A stretch of DNA of 64,000 bases, taken from an uncultured Eubacteriales bacterium. Lineage in GTDB: Bacteria; Bacillota; Clostridia; Oscillospirales; CAG-272. Under the pieces are notes generated by a model. The model was not told where the DNA came from. It ran no database searches and saw only the letters and a list, made by a program, of their open reading frames with translations. Within the stretch, counting starts at the first letter, position 1; the number at the start of each line of letters is the position of its first letter. Positions 27,683 through 36,190 of this stretch are shown here, in pieces. Both the position numbers and the translations under genes were made by a program. The stretch covers positions 37,751 through 101,750 of the forward strand of contig CAKSDZ010000002.1 of assembly GCA_934446365.1 (NCBI GenBank), written 5' to 3'.

Positions 27683-29317
27683 TCAATCTCCAACGACAAC
27701 GCTACTATTACCATTCTTATCATTTTGTTTCCAATAATTAGTGGTAGCATTTGTGTTATTCGTTGTATCGCTGTGGAGGAACACCTTAATATTGGCGCTC
27801 GTCTGACCGACAATGCCGTAATTCCATGTTGACGTCGAATTTGTTGTATCGTTCGATGTCACAGAGCCGTTGCTGGTGCAATTCTTAATAATGACGCTGT
27901 TTGCATCTCCTTCTGTTTCAGGTGCAAATTCAGAGTTCTGTGCAACCGAGAAATTACGTGCATATCCGATAATACCGGCAGCAAAGTGATAACCGGTTTT
28001 CAGCTCTTTTGCGGTGGAAACGACTGTCGCATTGTTGATACAATTTTCAATCGTGCCGAAACCGCCGCCGACAATACCGCCGACACGGTAATTGTTTTTC
28101 ACAGAACCGTTAACCGTTACATTCTTGACTGTACCACCATACAGATATCCGACCGCACCGCCGACGAGAACGCCGTCCGCACCGGTATCGGAAATATCAT
28201 AGTTCACTTCAAGAACGAGATTTTCGAGAACTGCGCCCTCTCCAAGAGAAGCAACAAAGCCAACGCCATATTTATCCGCGTTACCGGTTACCTTATCAAC
28301 AGAAATCGCAAAACCGTTCTTCGCGGCATTGAAAGAAGTATCGATCTTGATACCGGAAATGGTGACAGGGTTTGCGGCATCCGTACCCTTGATGGTGCCC
28401 TCAAATGTCGCGCCTGTTCCAATCGGTGTCCATGTGGAACCGGAAAGAGGGATATCTTCCGTAAGTTCAATCGTCACACCCTTAAAGGTCACGCCTTCCG
28501 CAGAAAGTCCTGCAATGGATTTGAACTCGGAAATCGAAAGTCCGTCTTTTCCTCCGACCTTCAACGTCAAGGGAGTACCGGAAGCGGCTGCTTCAATGGC
28601 AGCTTGCTTTTCTGCATACCAACCATAATCGCCGGCAACGCCGTTGCGAATGTAAAGAGCAAGCGTTTCAGTAACGATTCGATTTGCTTCCTCTGCCGTC
28701 AGTGCGGAACTGCTCGAATCGGAAATTGCCTGTTTTACAGCTTCCGTTACCGAGGTTACGGCACCATCGGAAATCGCCTTTACAATCGATTGAACCTGAG
28801 TAGCCGTCAGAGAATTGGCACTTGCCGCTTCCTTGATCTGGTTGATTTGGCTTGCACTGAGGGTGACGGTGGAGCTTGCCTGATATTTCTTTACAATGGC
28901 TTCCACCTGTGTCGCTGTCAACTGACCTTGGAGAGAATTTTCAATGATATACTTGATCTGCTCCTCGGTAACACCCGTATTGCCGGAACCGAGACTGTCG
29001 GCATACTTTTTGATTGCAGCATCAACAGCTTTAGAAACGTCTTCAGATGAAGCGCCTGCATCAATGCCTTTCAGACCTTCCGCAATGGCAACCTCGATAT
29101 CCTCCCAGCTGAGCCAGTCGGCATTTTCGAGCTTTTTGATGATATCATCCGATTTTTGCTCAAGCTCCGCCTGCTTCATCTCCTGTTCTTGGCGGCTCTT
29201 TTCCGCTTTGTTTACAACATTCGCAAACACGGCGATCATCACACCCGCGAGAATCGCGATGACGGCGATGACGATGACGAGCTCTACCAGCGTAAAGCCC
29301 CTCTTCTTTTGTTTCAT
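27683..29317 (-). CDS. modular type IV pilin: pilin N-terminus, helical repeat linker, and GLUG-motif/beta-helix-like C-terminal module
   Basis: MKQKKRG|FTLVELVIVIAVIAILAGVMIAVFANVV. Next come LTATQV..IVK-type repeats. The C-terminus has VGGAVGYLYGGTVKNVTVNGSV..VGGIVGGGFGTIENCINNATV..AAGIIGYA..IIKNCTSNGSV. Confidence 0.75.
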   Translation of the reverse strand: MKQKKRGFTLVELVIVIAVIAILAGVMIAVFANVVNKAEKSRQEQEMKQAELEQKSDDIIKKLENADWLSWEDIEVAIAEGLKGIDAGASSEDVSKAVDAAIKKYADSLGSGNTGVTEEQIKYIIENSLQGQLTATQVEAIVKKYQASSTVTLSASQINQIKEAASANSLTATQVQSIVKAISDGAVTSVTEAVKQAISDSSSSALTAEEANRIVTETLALYIRNGVAGDYGWYAEKQAAIEAAASGTPLTLKVGGKDGLSISEFKSIAGLSAEGVTFKGVTIELTEDIPLSGSTWTPIGTGATFEGTIKGTDAANPVTISGIKIDTSFNAAKNGFAISVDKVTGNADKYGVGFVASLGEGAVLENLVLEVNYDISDTGADGVLVGGAVGYLYGGTVKNVTVNGSVKNNYRVGGIVGGGFGTIENCINNATVVSTAKELKTGYHFAAGIIGYARNFSVAQNSEFAPETEGDANSVIIKNCTSNGSVTSNDTTNSTSTWNYGIVGQTSANIKVFLHSDTTNNTNATTNYWKQNDKNGNSSVVVGD

Positions 29318-29381
29318 GGGTTTTCCTCCTATGTATATATATTTTGTCTTTTTTCACGGAGGCGCCCCATTCCTTGACAAC

Positions 29382-29411
29382 AAAAAACGAGGTACCCCGT
29401 GAGGGGGTACC
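29382..29411 (-). terminator. intrinsic-terminator-like hairpin inside the pilin leader (candidate attenuator)
   Basis: On the minus strand: GGTACCCC-CTCAC-GGGGTACC followed by TCGTTTTTTG. It lies about 65 nt upstream of the pilin ATG and downstream of the promoter at 29492-29521. Confidence 0.55.
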
Positions 29412-29491
29412 CCGTGAGGGGGCGTTTCCCGCGCACTTCTCGTGCGCGTAAAACGCCCCGAATTGCCGGAAGCAATTCTTTGCTGTTTCCC

Positions 29492-29521
29492 ATTATATCA
29501 TATTCTTCTTCTTTTTGTCAA
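29492..29521 (-). promoter_or_regulatory. strong sigma-A-type promoter with extended -10 for pilin operon
   Basis: On the minus strand: TTGACA (29521-29516), 18-nt spacer ending in TGa, TATAAT (29497-29492). Confidence 0.6.
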
Positions 29522-29600
29522 TCGCTTTCCCCTGTCATTTTTGCCTTTTTCGCGCCCTTTTTTGCCGACCACGCCGCATCCGGCCTCAGCGGCCGCTCAT

Positions 29601-30401
29601 TCACACCGTGTCCGTGCCCCACGCGATATAGCCGCCGCGGCTGTCCCGGGACACACAGATATCCCGCACTGTCTTGGGGAAATCGATTTTTTCTCCGGTC
29701 TGACGCGAAATGACGGTATTGCCATACCGATAGAAAGCCCCAGTCTCAATGAGCGCCAAATATTCCTCCAATGTGATTTTCATTCGATAAATGATTTCCG
29801 CATGCGGATTTCCGACATAGCGCAGATGCCATGGCTCATAATCTACACCGGTACGCTTTTCCGCCCACAACGGATAACGGATGATGAATCCGAAGCGATG
29901 CGCGTTTTTCGCCATCCATTTCCCTGTTTTCGACATGATAAAGCGGCGCTGTGCGTAGCCCTCCACCTTGATGTCCGCCGAAAGGCCGGAATGATGCTCG
30001 CTCTCGCCCGGCTTTGCAGCAAACGGATTGACGCCGTAAATGGACTCTTGAAATGCAAGGGTGCGATAAACGCTCGTAAAAAGGATTTTTTCCCCACATG
30101 CCGCCTCGCTCGCACGGATAAGCTCCGCAAGCGGCTGCACGGCTTCCCCGGCAATCAGATTTTTTTCATCCAGTGAAACAAGCGCCTCCGTCCTATCCGT
30201 TGTAATCGGATAGTCAGAGCTCACAAGAATCAGGCTGTCACACTGCCGTGCATCCTCTATCGCCACGGTATGCAAGTCCTCCGGCGAAATCCTTGTCAGA
30301 ATATTTTTTTCATGTCGTCTCACCACGTCGAAAAGCCCGTACGTATAATAATATTTATAATTCATGAGCCTGTTTTTCAGGCTCTTTCCTGTCGGCGGCA
30401 T
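29601..30401 (-). CDS. VanY-type D-alanyl-D-alanine carboxypeptidase family protein (peptidase M15B), no signal peptide or TM seen
   Basis: SEHHSGLSADI and EPWHLRYVG zinc-peptidase motifs. The ATG at 30401 sits 1 nt after the comFC stop (TAAAATG). Confidence 0.75.
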   Translation of the reverse strand: MPPTGKSLKNRLMNYKYYYTYGLFDVVRRHEKNILTRISPEDLHTVAIEDARQCDSLILVSSDYPITTDRTEALVSLDEKNLIAGEAVQPLAELIRASEAACGEKILFTSVYRTLAFQESIYGVNPFAAKPGESEHHSGLSADIKVEGYAQRRFIMSKTGKWMAKNAHRFGFIIRYPLWAEKRTGVDYEPWHLRYVGNPHAEIIYRMKITLEEYLALIETGAFYRYGNTVISRQTGEKIDFPKTVRDICVSRDSRGGYIAWGTDTV

Positions 30402-30402
30402 T

Positions 30403-31137
30403 TTATAGTTTCCCTTCTCTTTTTTCCTGCTTGCGGTACGGCGTGCGCGCAACCGAAGCGACAACGACCTTGGTATATCCAGCCTCGTGTGCCAAACGGA
30501 CAAGCTTTGCGGCCGTACTTCCGGTGGTCACAACGTCATCGATGATAATCAGTCTGCCGGTCGGATGCAATCGGCCGCGGCAAAGCTCATAGCTTTTTTC
30601 CGCGTTTTCCCCGCGCTCCGCCGTACTCAGCGTTTTCTGCTGCTGTGAACGGCGCGCATGACGGAAAATGTCCACCATCGGAATCCCCAGTCTATCGGAA
30701 ATTCCGCGGCATAAAGCTTCCGCCTGATCAAAGCCATAAAGCCGTATGCTTTTCGGACTGCGCGGCGCAAACGTCATATGACAGTCCTCAAAGTCACCGT
30801 CAAGCAGATGGGAAACTGCCTCGGCAAGCTCACCGGACAAAAATTTTTGCAGCACACGCAGATTTTTCCGTTTCAGCAAATAGAGAATGCGGCGCGGCAA
30901 TTCCCCGTCATATTCAAACAAATGCACGGCGGACACCGCTCTCTCGCCGGCAAGCTTTTCCGGCATACAGCGGCAAAGCGTCTGCGGCTTCCCGCACAGC
31001 TTACAGGGACGGCGCTTCCCTTTCTCATATTCAAGCCTGCATTTCGGGCAGAACACGGAACCTGCCGAATCGGTCAGCACCTCGCCGCAGAAAATACATT
31101 TTCGGACAAATAAAAGTCCCTTTAAAAACTCAATCAT
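30403..31137 (-). CDS. comFC: ComF family protein (ComFC-like phosphoribosyltransferase with N-terminal zinc finger)
   Basis: CIFCG...CPKC...CKLCG N-terminus. PRTase motif RLIIIDDVVTTGSTA. Confidence 0.85.
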   Translation of the reverse strand: MIEFLKGLLFVRKCIFCGEVLTDSAGSVFCPKCRLEYEKGKRRPCKLCGKPQTLCRCMPEKLAGERAVSAVHLFEYDGELPRRILYLLKRKNLRVLQKFLSGELAEAVSHLLDGDFEDCHMTFAPRSPKSIRLYGFDQAEALCRGISDRLGIPMVDIFRHARRSQQQKTLSTAERGENAEKSYELCRGRLHPTGRLIIIDDVVTTGSTAAKLVRLAHEAGYTKVVVASVARTPYRKQEKREGKL

Positions 31138-33346
31138 ACTGCGTCATCCAATATCCAAGGCCGGTATAGCGCTTGGTCTGTCGATTGTTGTCGATCATGC
31201 GGTTTGCAATCTCGCCGTCTCCCACCAGAATCACCATCTGCTGCGCCCGCGTAATCGCCGTATAAAACAGATTCCGCGTCAAAAGCTTCGGCGTATAGGA
31301 ATAAAGCGGAATTACGACGATCGGATATTCGCTGCCCTGACTTTTATGAACGGTAATGGCATAAGCCAGCTCCAGCTCCTCCGTCATATTGAAATCGTAT
31401 TCCGCGATACGGCCGTCAAAGTCGATTGCGATGAGCTGAGCGGCGGGATCGATCTCTCGGATGATGCCGATATCCCCGTTAAAAATGCCAAAACCGTCCA
31501 CACCGTTTTTCTGCCACGGGATATCGTAATTGTTCTTTATCTGCATGACCTTGTCGCCCTCACGGAACACCATGTCGCGATACTTCCGCTCTTTTTTCTC
31601 CGAAGAGGCAGGGTTGATTGCCGCTTGCAGAACACCATTCAGAACCTCGGTGCCATTTGCTCCCTTTCGAGACGGCGTGATAACCTGAATCCCGTCATAG
31701 ACGCTGGCGCCATAAGCGCGCGGAAGCCGCGTTTTGCAAAGCCCCGCAACGGTCGCGGAAATCTGTTCATCCGTCCCGCACGGGAGATAAAAGAAATCGC
31801 CGTCCTTTTTGGTAAGGTCGATATGCTCACCGCGATTGACAAGATGCGCATTTGTCACAATCAGACTTTCGCTCGCCTGTCTGAAAATATGCGTCAGACA
31901 GGCGGTGGAAAAGCGTTCACTCGAAATAATGTCGCGAAACACATAACCCGCGCCGACAGGCGGAAGCTGATTCGCGTCGCCAATCATGATGAGCCTTGAC
32001 CCGGGGCGCATAGCGCGCAGCAGCGCCTCCATCAAGAAAAGATCGATCATCGACGCCTCGTCGACGATGACGACATCCTCATCAAGCAGACTGTTTTCAT
32101 CCCGGCGGAAGGTGACGCCCGATTCGCCGGAAAAATCCATTTCGAGCATACGGTGGATGGTTTTCGCCTCCATGCCCGTCACCTCCGAGAGGCGCTTAGC
32201 CGCGCGCCCCGTCGGCGTTGCAAGCGCGATGGAAAGCCCCATGCTTTCAAAAATCCGCAGAATCGCCCGCACGACCGTCGTTTTACCGGTCCCGGGACCG
32301 CCCGTCAGAATAAACACCGAGTTTTTCACCGCGTCCGTAATCGCCTTCTTTTGGAGCTTTTCATACCGGATGTTGTTTTCAAGCTCCGATTTCTCGATGA
32401 GAAAATTCAGATTTTCCACATCCGAAAGATGATCGGTGTTTTCCAGCGCGTCCATCTTCGCGCAAATGTATTTCTCCGCCTCAAACGCTTCGGGAAGATA
32501 AATGCAGTTCCGACCTCCGATTTTCGCCGCACGCAGCTTTTTTAACATCACCTGACGGGCAAGCTCGTCCTCCGCCTCGTCCTCCGTGCAGGAAAGCAGC
32601 TTCACCGCTGCCGGAATCAGCTTGTCCTGCGGCACATAGACATGACCGTTCTGATTCATGTTGTAGGACAGCACAAAGGTCAGTCCCGCGGCAATGCGCT
32701 CGCTCGAATTTTCTCTGATTCCGAGGTCCTTGGCAATCATATCGGCTTTTTCAAAGCCGATGCCGTGAATCGTTCCGCACAAAACATACGGATTCTGTCG
32801 GATGACCTCGACCGCGCCCGTTCCCCATTTTTTATAGACCTTGACCGCCGCGGACGGACTTAAATATTCGCTGCAAAACAACATGACATTCCGCATTCCG
32901 AACTGTGTGCGGAAAATTTCGCCGATTTCCGCCGCCTTCCGGCGGGAAATGCCGGGGACATCCGAAAGCCACTCCGGATGATGCTCCAACACGTCAAGCG
33001 TGTCGTCGCCATACTGCTCCACGATTTTTTTTGCGGTCATAGGACCGATTCCCTTGATTGCGCCCGAAGAAAGATATTTGAGAATTGCCGTCGCGGTGGC
33101 CGGAAGCTGCTTCTCGTAAAATTCCACCCTGAACTGCCTGCCGAAGGACGGATGCGTCGTCCAATTTCCGAGCGCGCTGATGGATTCTCCCTCACAGAGA
33201 TACGGCATCATGCCGACAAGCACAAAGCATTCGTCGGAGGGCGCCATAAGCTCGCAAACGGTATAGCCGTTTTCCTCATTCTGATAGATGAGCTTCTCAA
33301 TCGTACCTTCGATCGAAAGCAGCTCCTCCCGTCCGTCTCTGTTCAT
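31130..33346 (-). CDS. recD2: RecD2-type ATP-dependent DNA helicase
   Basis: N-terminal OB-like LSIEGTIEKLIYQNEENGYTVCEL, Walker A LTGGPGTGKTT, and the AYAITVHKSQGSEYP motif. The 3' end overlaps the comFC start by 8 nt (ATGATTGA). Confidence 0.85.
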   Translation of the reverse strand: MNRDGREELLSIEGTIEKLIYQNEENGYTVCELMAPSDECFVLVGMMPYLCEGESISALGNWTTHPSFGRQFRVEFYEKQLPATATAILKYLSSGAIKGIGPMTAKKIVEQYGDDTLDVLEHHPEWLSDVPGISRRKAAEIGEIFRTQFGMRNVMLFCSEYLSPSAAVKVYKKWGTGAVEVIRQNPYVLCGTIHGIGFEKADMIAKDLGIRENSSERIAAGLTFVLSYNMNQNGHVYVPQDKLIPAAVKLLSCTEDEAEDELARQVMLKKLRAAKIGGRNCIYLPEAFEAEKYICAKMDALENTDHLSDVENLNFLIEKSELENNIRYEKLQKKAITDAVKNSVFILTGGPGTGKTTVVRAILRIFESMGLSIALATPTGRAAKRLSEVTGMEAKTIHRMLEMDFSGESGVTFRRDENSLLDEDVVIVDEASMIDLFLMEALLRAMRPGSRLIMIGDANQLPPVGAGYVFRDIISSERFSTACLTHIFRQASESLIVTNAHLVNRGEHIDLTKKDGDFFYLPCGTDEQISATVAGLCKTRLPRAYGASVYDGIQVITPSRKGANGTEVLNGVLQAAINPASSEKKERKYRDMVFREGDKVMQIKNNYDIPWQKNGVDGFGIFNGDIGIIREIDPAAQLIAIDFDGRIAEYDFNMTEELELAYAITVHKSQGSEYPIVVIPLYSYTPKLLTRNLFYTAITRAQQMVILVGDGEIANRMIDNNRQTKRYTGLGYWMTQYD

Positions 33347-33386
33347 TCTCCGCTCCGTTCCGCCGCATGGGCATATCCACATCCGC

Positions 33387-33713
33387 TTATCCCAGCCGGT
33401 ATGTAAGATTCTTATGTGTTTTGGAAAGCCGTTCCGTGATGTCGATCATCTCATCGCGGCAGGCATCGTTTTTCCGGATATGGACTACAATCCGGATTTT
33501 TTCCAGATTTGACGACATCAGTGCGCACCGGATATAATATTCGAGACTTTCCGCGTTCGCATAAATGTGAATCGCGTCCTCCTCCTCCGACGACATACCG
33601 GAGCGCATAAGCTCCCGTCTGCCGAATTTCGCTGCAAACGCACAGCCCAGCATATAAAGTCCGAATACCGCCGCGGCACCCAGCAAAACAGCAATCAAAT
33701 ATTGTAACATCAT
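33387..33713 (-). CDS. hypothetical small membrane-anchored protein
   Basis: MMLQYLIAVLLGAAAVFGLYMLGCAFAA is an N-terminal TM segment. I recognise no family. It lies first in the recD2-comFC unit. Confidence 0.45.
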   Translation of the reverse strand: MMLQYLIAVLLGAAAVFGLYMLGCAFAAKFGRRELMRSGMSSEEEDAIHIYANAESLEYYIRCALMSSNLEKIRIVVHIRKNDACRDEMIDITERLSKTHKNLTYRLG

Positions 33714-33771
33714 AAGCTCTCCCTTTCATGTATCGATAGGATATCTTATGAAAAAGAGAGCTTTTTGGTGA

Positions 33772-34965
33772 TTAGTGTGTGAAAACGCCGGCTTTTTCGC
33801 TTAAAATTCCGGCAATATCGGTTTTTTCCCATTTTACGTTCAGCTCTTCCCTGCCGAAATGGCCGTATGCGGAAAGCGCGGAATAGATTGGGCGACGCAG
33901 GTCAAAATAATCGATGATTGCCGCCGGACGTAAATCCACCGTGTCGCAAACAATCTTTGCAATTTTCTCGTCGGCAACGCTTCCCGTGCCGAACGTATTG
34001 ACATTCACCGAAAGCGGTTTTGCCACGCCGATTGCATAGGAAATCTGCACCTCGCATTTTTTCGCAAGTCCTGCGGCGACGATATTTTTCGCGACATATC
34101 TCGCGGCATAGCTCGCACTGCGGTCGACCTTGGTCGGGTCCTTGCCGGAAAAAGCGCCGCCGCCGTGTCTGCCGTAGCCGCCGTAGGTATCGACGATGAT
34201 TTTACGGCCGGTAAGACCGCTGTCCCCCTGCGGGCCGCCGATGACAAAGCGTCCGGTCGGATTGACATAAATCTTTGTCTGAGCATCCATAAAATTCTCC
34301 GGTACGACGGGCATGATTACGTGTTCAATGATATCCGCCCGGATCCGGTCAAGCGTCACATCCGGATCATGCTGGGTGGAAACGACGATATTATCAAGCC
34401 GCACGGGAGTATCCCCGTCATATTCGACCGTCACCTGCGTTTTGCCGTCTGGGCGAAGATAGGAAAGCACGCCGTCCTTGCGAACTTTCGTCAGTCTTTT
34501 CGCCATTTCCGTGGCCAGAACATACCCGAGCGGCATGAGCGTTTCCGTCTCGTCGCAAGCGTAGCCGAATACCATCCCCTGATCGCCCGCACCGGTGTTA
34601 TACTGATCGTTCTGCTCTCCGGTTTTGGCCTCCAAGCAATGATCGACCCCCATCGCGATATCCGGCGATTGCTCATGGATGGAATTGAGTACGGCACAGG
34701 ATGCGGCGTCAAAGCCGTATTCAGGCTTGTTATAACCGATATCCGCGATTGCCGCACGGACGGTCTCCGCGATATCCACATAGGCGGACGTCGTAATCTC
34801 TCCCATCACCATGACAAGACCGGTCGTCGCACAGGTTTCGCATGCGACACGTGCCGTCGGGTCCGATTCGATGATTTTGTCGAGAATGGAATCCGATATC
34901 CTGTCGCACAGCTTATCGGGATGCCCTTCCGTTACCGATTCCGATGAAAAAAATTTCTTCTCCAT
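33772..34965 (-). CDS. metK: S-adenosylmethionine synthetase
   Basis: [21 protein letters not shown]...[12 protein letters not shown]...[16 protein letters not shown]. Confidence 0.95.
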   Translation of the reverse strand: MEKKFFSSESVTEGHPDKLCDRISDSILDKIIESDPTARVACETCATTGLVMVMGEITTSAYVDIAETVRAAIADIGYNKPEYGFDAASCAVLNSIHEQSPDIAMGVDHCLEAKTGEQNDQYNTGAGDQGMVFGYACDETETLMPLGYVLATEMAKRLTKVRKDGVLSYLRPDGKTQVTVEYDGDTPVRLDNIVVSTQHDPDVTLDRIRADIIEHVIMPVVPENFMDAQTKIYVNPTGRFVIGGPQGDSGLTGRKIIVDTYGGYGRHGGGAFSGKDPTKVDRSASYAARYVAKNIVAAGLAKKCEVQISYAIGVAKPLSVNVNTFGTGSVADEKIAKIVCDTVDLRPAAIIDYFDLRRPIYSALSAYGHFGREELNVKWEKTDIAGILSEKAGVFTH

Positions 34966-35023
34966 TTTTCTGTCTCCTTTTTTCTTGATACGAATTTGAT
35001 TCTGTGTAAAACGGAAACAGACT

Positions 35024-35152
35024 TAAAAACTCGCTTCCGTTTACCCCGAAAGCGAGTTTTCTCTCCGTACTCATCTATCGGGAATTGGCACCTTATGTAA
35101 CACAGGTTGCCGGGCTTCATCGGGCCAGTCCCTCAGCCGCTCTTGATAAGTT
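35024..35152 (-). promoter_or_regulatory. SAM-I (S-box) riboswitch with terminator, upstream of metK
   Basis: On the minus strand: CTTATCAAGAGCGGCTGAGGGACTGGCCCGATGAAGCCCGGCAACC...GGTGCCAATTCC...AGATGAG, followed by AAAACTCGCTTTCGGGGTAAACGGAAGCGAGTTTTT. Confidence 0.85.
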
Positions 35153-35372
35153 CGTATTTATTCTTTTATAGTGTATCATATCTGCCGTCTGATTTCAAGT
35201 GGTTTCGACAAAAAACAGACAAAATAACAAATTTATCGTTATTTATGCCAATGGAACTGCCCGTTCAGCGCAAGAATCAAAAGAAGTACACACGCCACAA
35301 TGATAGCAAGCCCGACAAGAATCAAAAGAATCGTTTTCTTGTCAAAACGGAAGCTTTCGGGCTTTCCGTCAA

Positions 35373-35921
35373 TCACCCGCATTTTTTCAGTGCCGTAGAA
35401 AGAGGCTTATACAGCACCAGCACGATGGCAGCATTAAGCGTCGCCTTAATCAGATTAAACGGCAAGAGGAGCGGCAAGAGCATCTCCTTCACCGAATCCA
35501 CCGATATTCCGAAATAAATCGGCGTAACAAGAAGATTCATGACCAACATGCAAAGCGTCATCGCCAAAACGGAGCTCATAAGACCGACGATCGCACCGGA
35601 AAGCGTCTTTTTGAGCTTCGGCGCATAGCAGTAAATCGTGCTTCCAACTGCCGCAAAAACCGCACTTCCCACAAAATTCATGAGAAAGCCCCATGGACCT
35701 GTGCCGCTGACCGTAATCATTTCCAAAAGCGAAACCAAAAGCGCAATGACCACACCCGCAACGGGGCCGAAAAGCATAGCGCAAACGGTGATAACCGCAT
35801 CCTTGACGTCGAACGTCAAAAAGCCGCCGATGCCGCTGATTCGGAGCGCGAACAGGCTCGCATACGCGAGCGCCGCAAACATAGCAAGAATCACATAACG
35901 TCTGATATTATACTTTTTCAT
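35373..35921 (-). CDS. ribU: ECF-transporter S component, riboflavin-type (RibU-like)
   Basis: 182-aa polytopic protein directly downstream of an FMN riboswitch. GGGAGG lies upstream of ATG 35921. Confidence 0.7.
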   Translation of the reverse strand: MKKYNIRRYVILAMFAALAYASLFALRISGIGGFLTFDVKDAVITVCAMLFGPVAGVVIALLVSLLEMITVSGTGPWGFLMNFVGSAVFAAVGSTIYCYAPKLKKTLSGAIVGLMSSVLAMTLCMLVMNLLVTPIYFGISVDSVKEMLLPLLLPFNLIKATLNAAIVLVLYKPLSTALKKCG

Positions 35922-35952
35922 TCTATCCTCCCAAAATTCTGAATCGGAAAGA

Positions 35953-36120
35953 TAAAAAATTCCCCCTCCAAAAGAGGGGGAAAGCGCAAAAATCACGCAT
36001 GATTTTTTATCTTTTCTCATCCGGACTATACCGTCGGTGCAGGAATTTCACCTGCTCGGCGCCGTATGGCGTTCGCGGACTTTACCGCCGATGTGGAATT
36101 TCACCAACCCCCAAAGATAT
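35953..36120 (-). promoter_or_regulatory. FMN riboswitch (RFN element) with terminator
   Basis: On the minus strand: GGGGGTTGGTGAAATTCCACATCGGCGGTAAAGTCCGCGAACGCC...CAGGTGAAATTCCTGCACCGACGGTATAGTCCGGATGAGAAAAG, then TCCCCCTC-TTTTG-GAGGGGGA plus ATTTTTT. Confidence 0.85.
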
Positions 36121-36143
36121 AAGCATGTAAACATGACGAACGG

Positions 36144-36170
36144 AAAAAGGGACGCGATGCGTCCCTTTTT
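36144..36170 (-). terminator. rho-independent terminator after tuf
   Basis: GGGACGC-(GAT/ATC)-GCGTCCC flanked by A5 and T5 runs. Confidence 0.7.
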
Positions 36171-36190
36171 CTCATGAACGCATAAATATC

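Noticed and set aside
27590-29300. Identical N-termini of the two pilins as a recent DNA duplication or recombination repeat
   Set aside because: The protein segments GFTLVELVIVIAVIAILAGVMIA are identical, but the DNA differs at many synonymous positions. This points to old paralogy, not a nucleotide repeat.
29318-29521. c-di-GMP-I or c-di-GMP-II riboswitch in the pilin leader
   Set aside because: The sequence does not contain the conserved cores as I remember them (GEMM-I tetraloop/receptor with GCAAAGC, or the class II ACGCACAGGGCAAACC...CCGGCC). It is kept as an unclassified structured leader instead.
34932-35517. ORFs 34932..35120 (-) and 35107..35517 (+)
   Set aside because: The first lies within the SAM-I riboswitch and terminator. 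The second is antisense to ribU and starts inside the riboswitch region.
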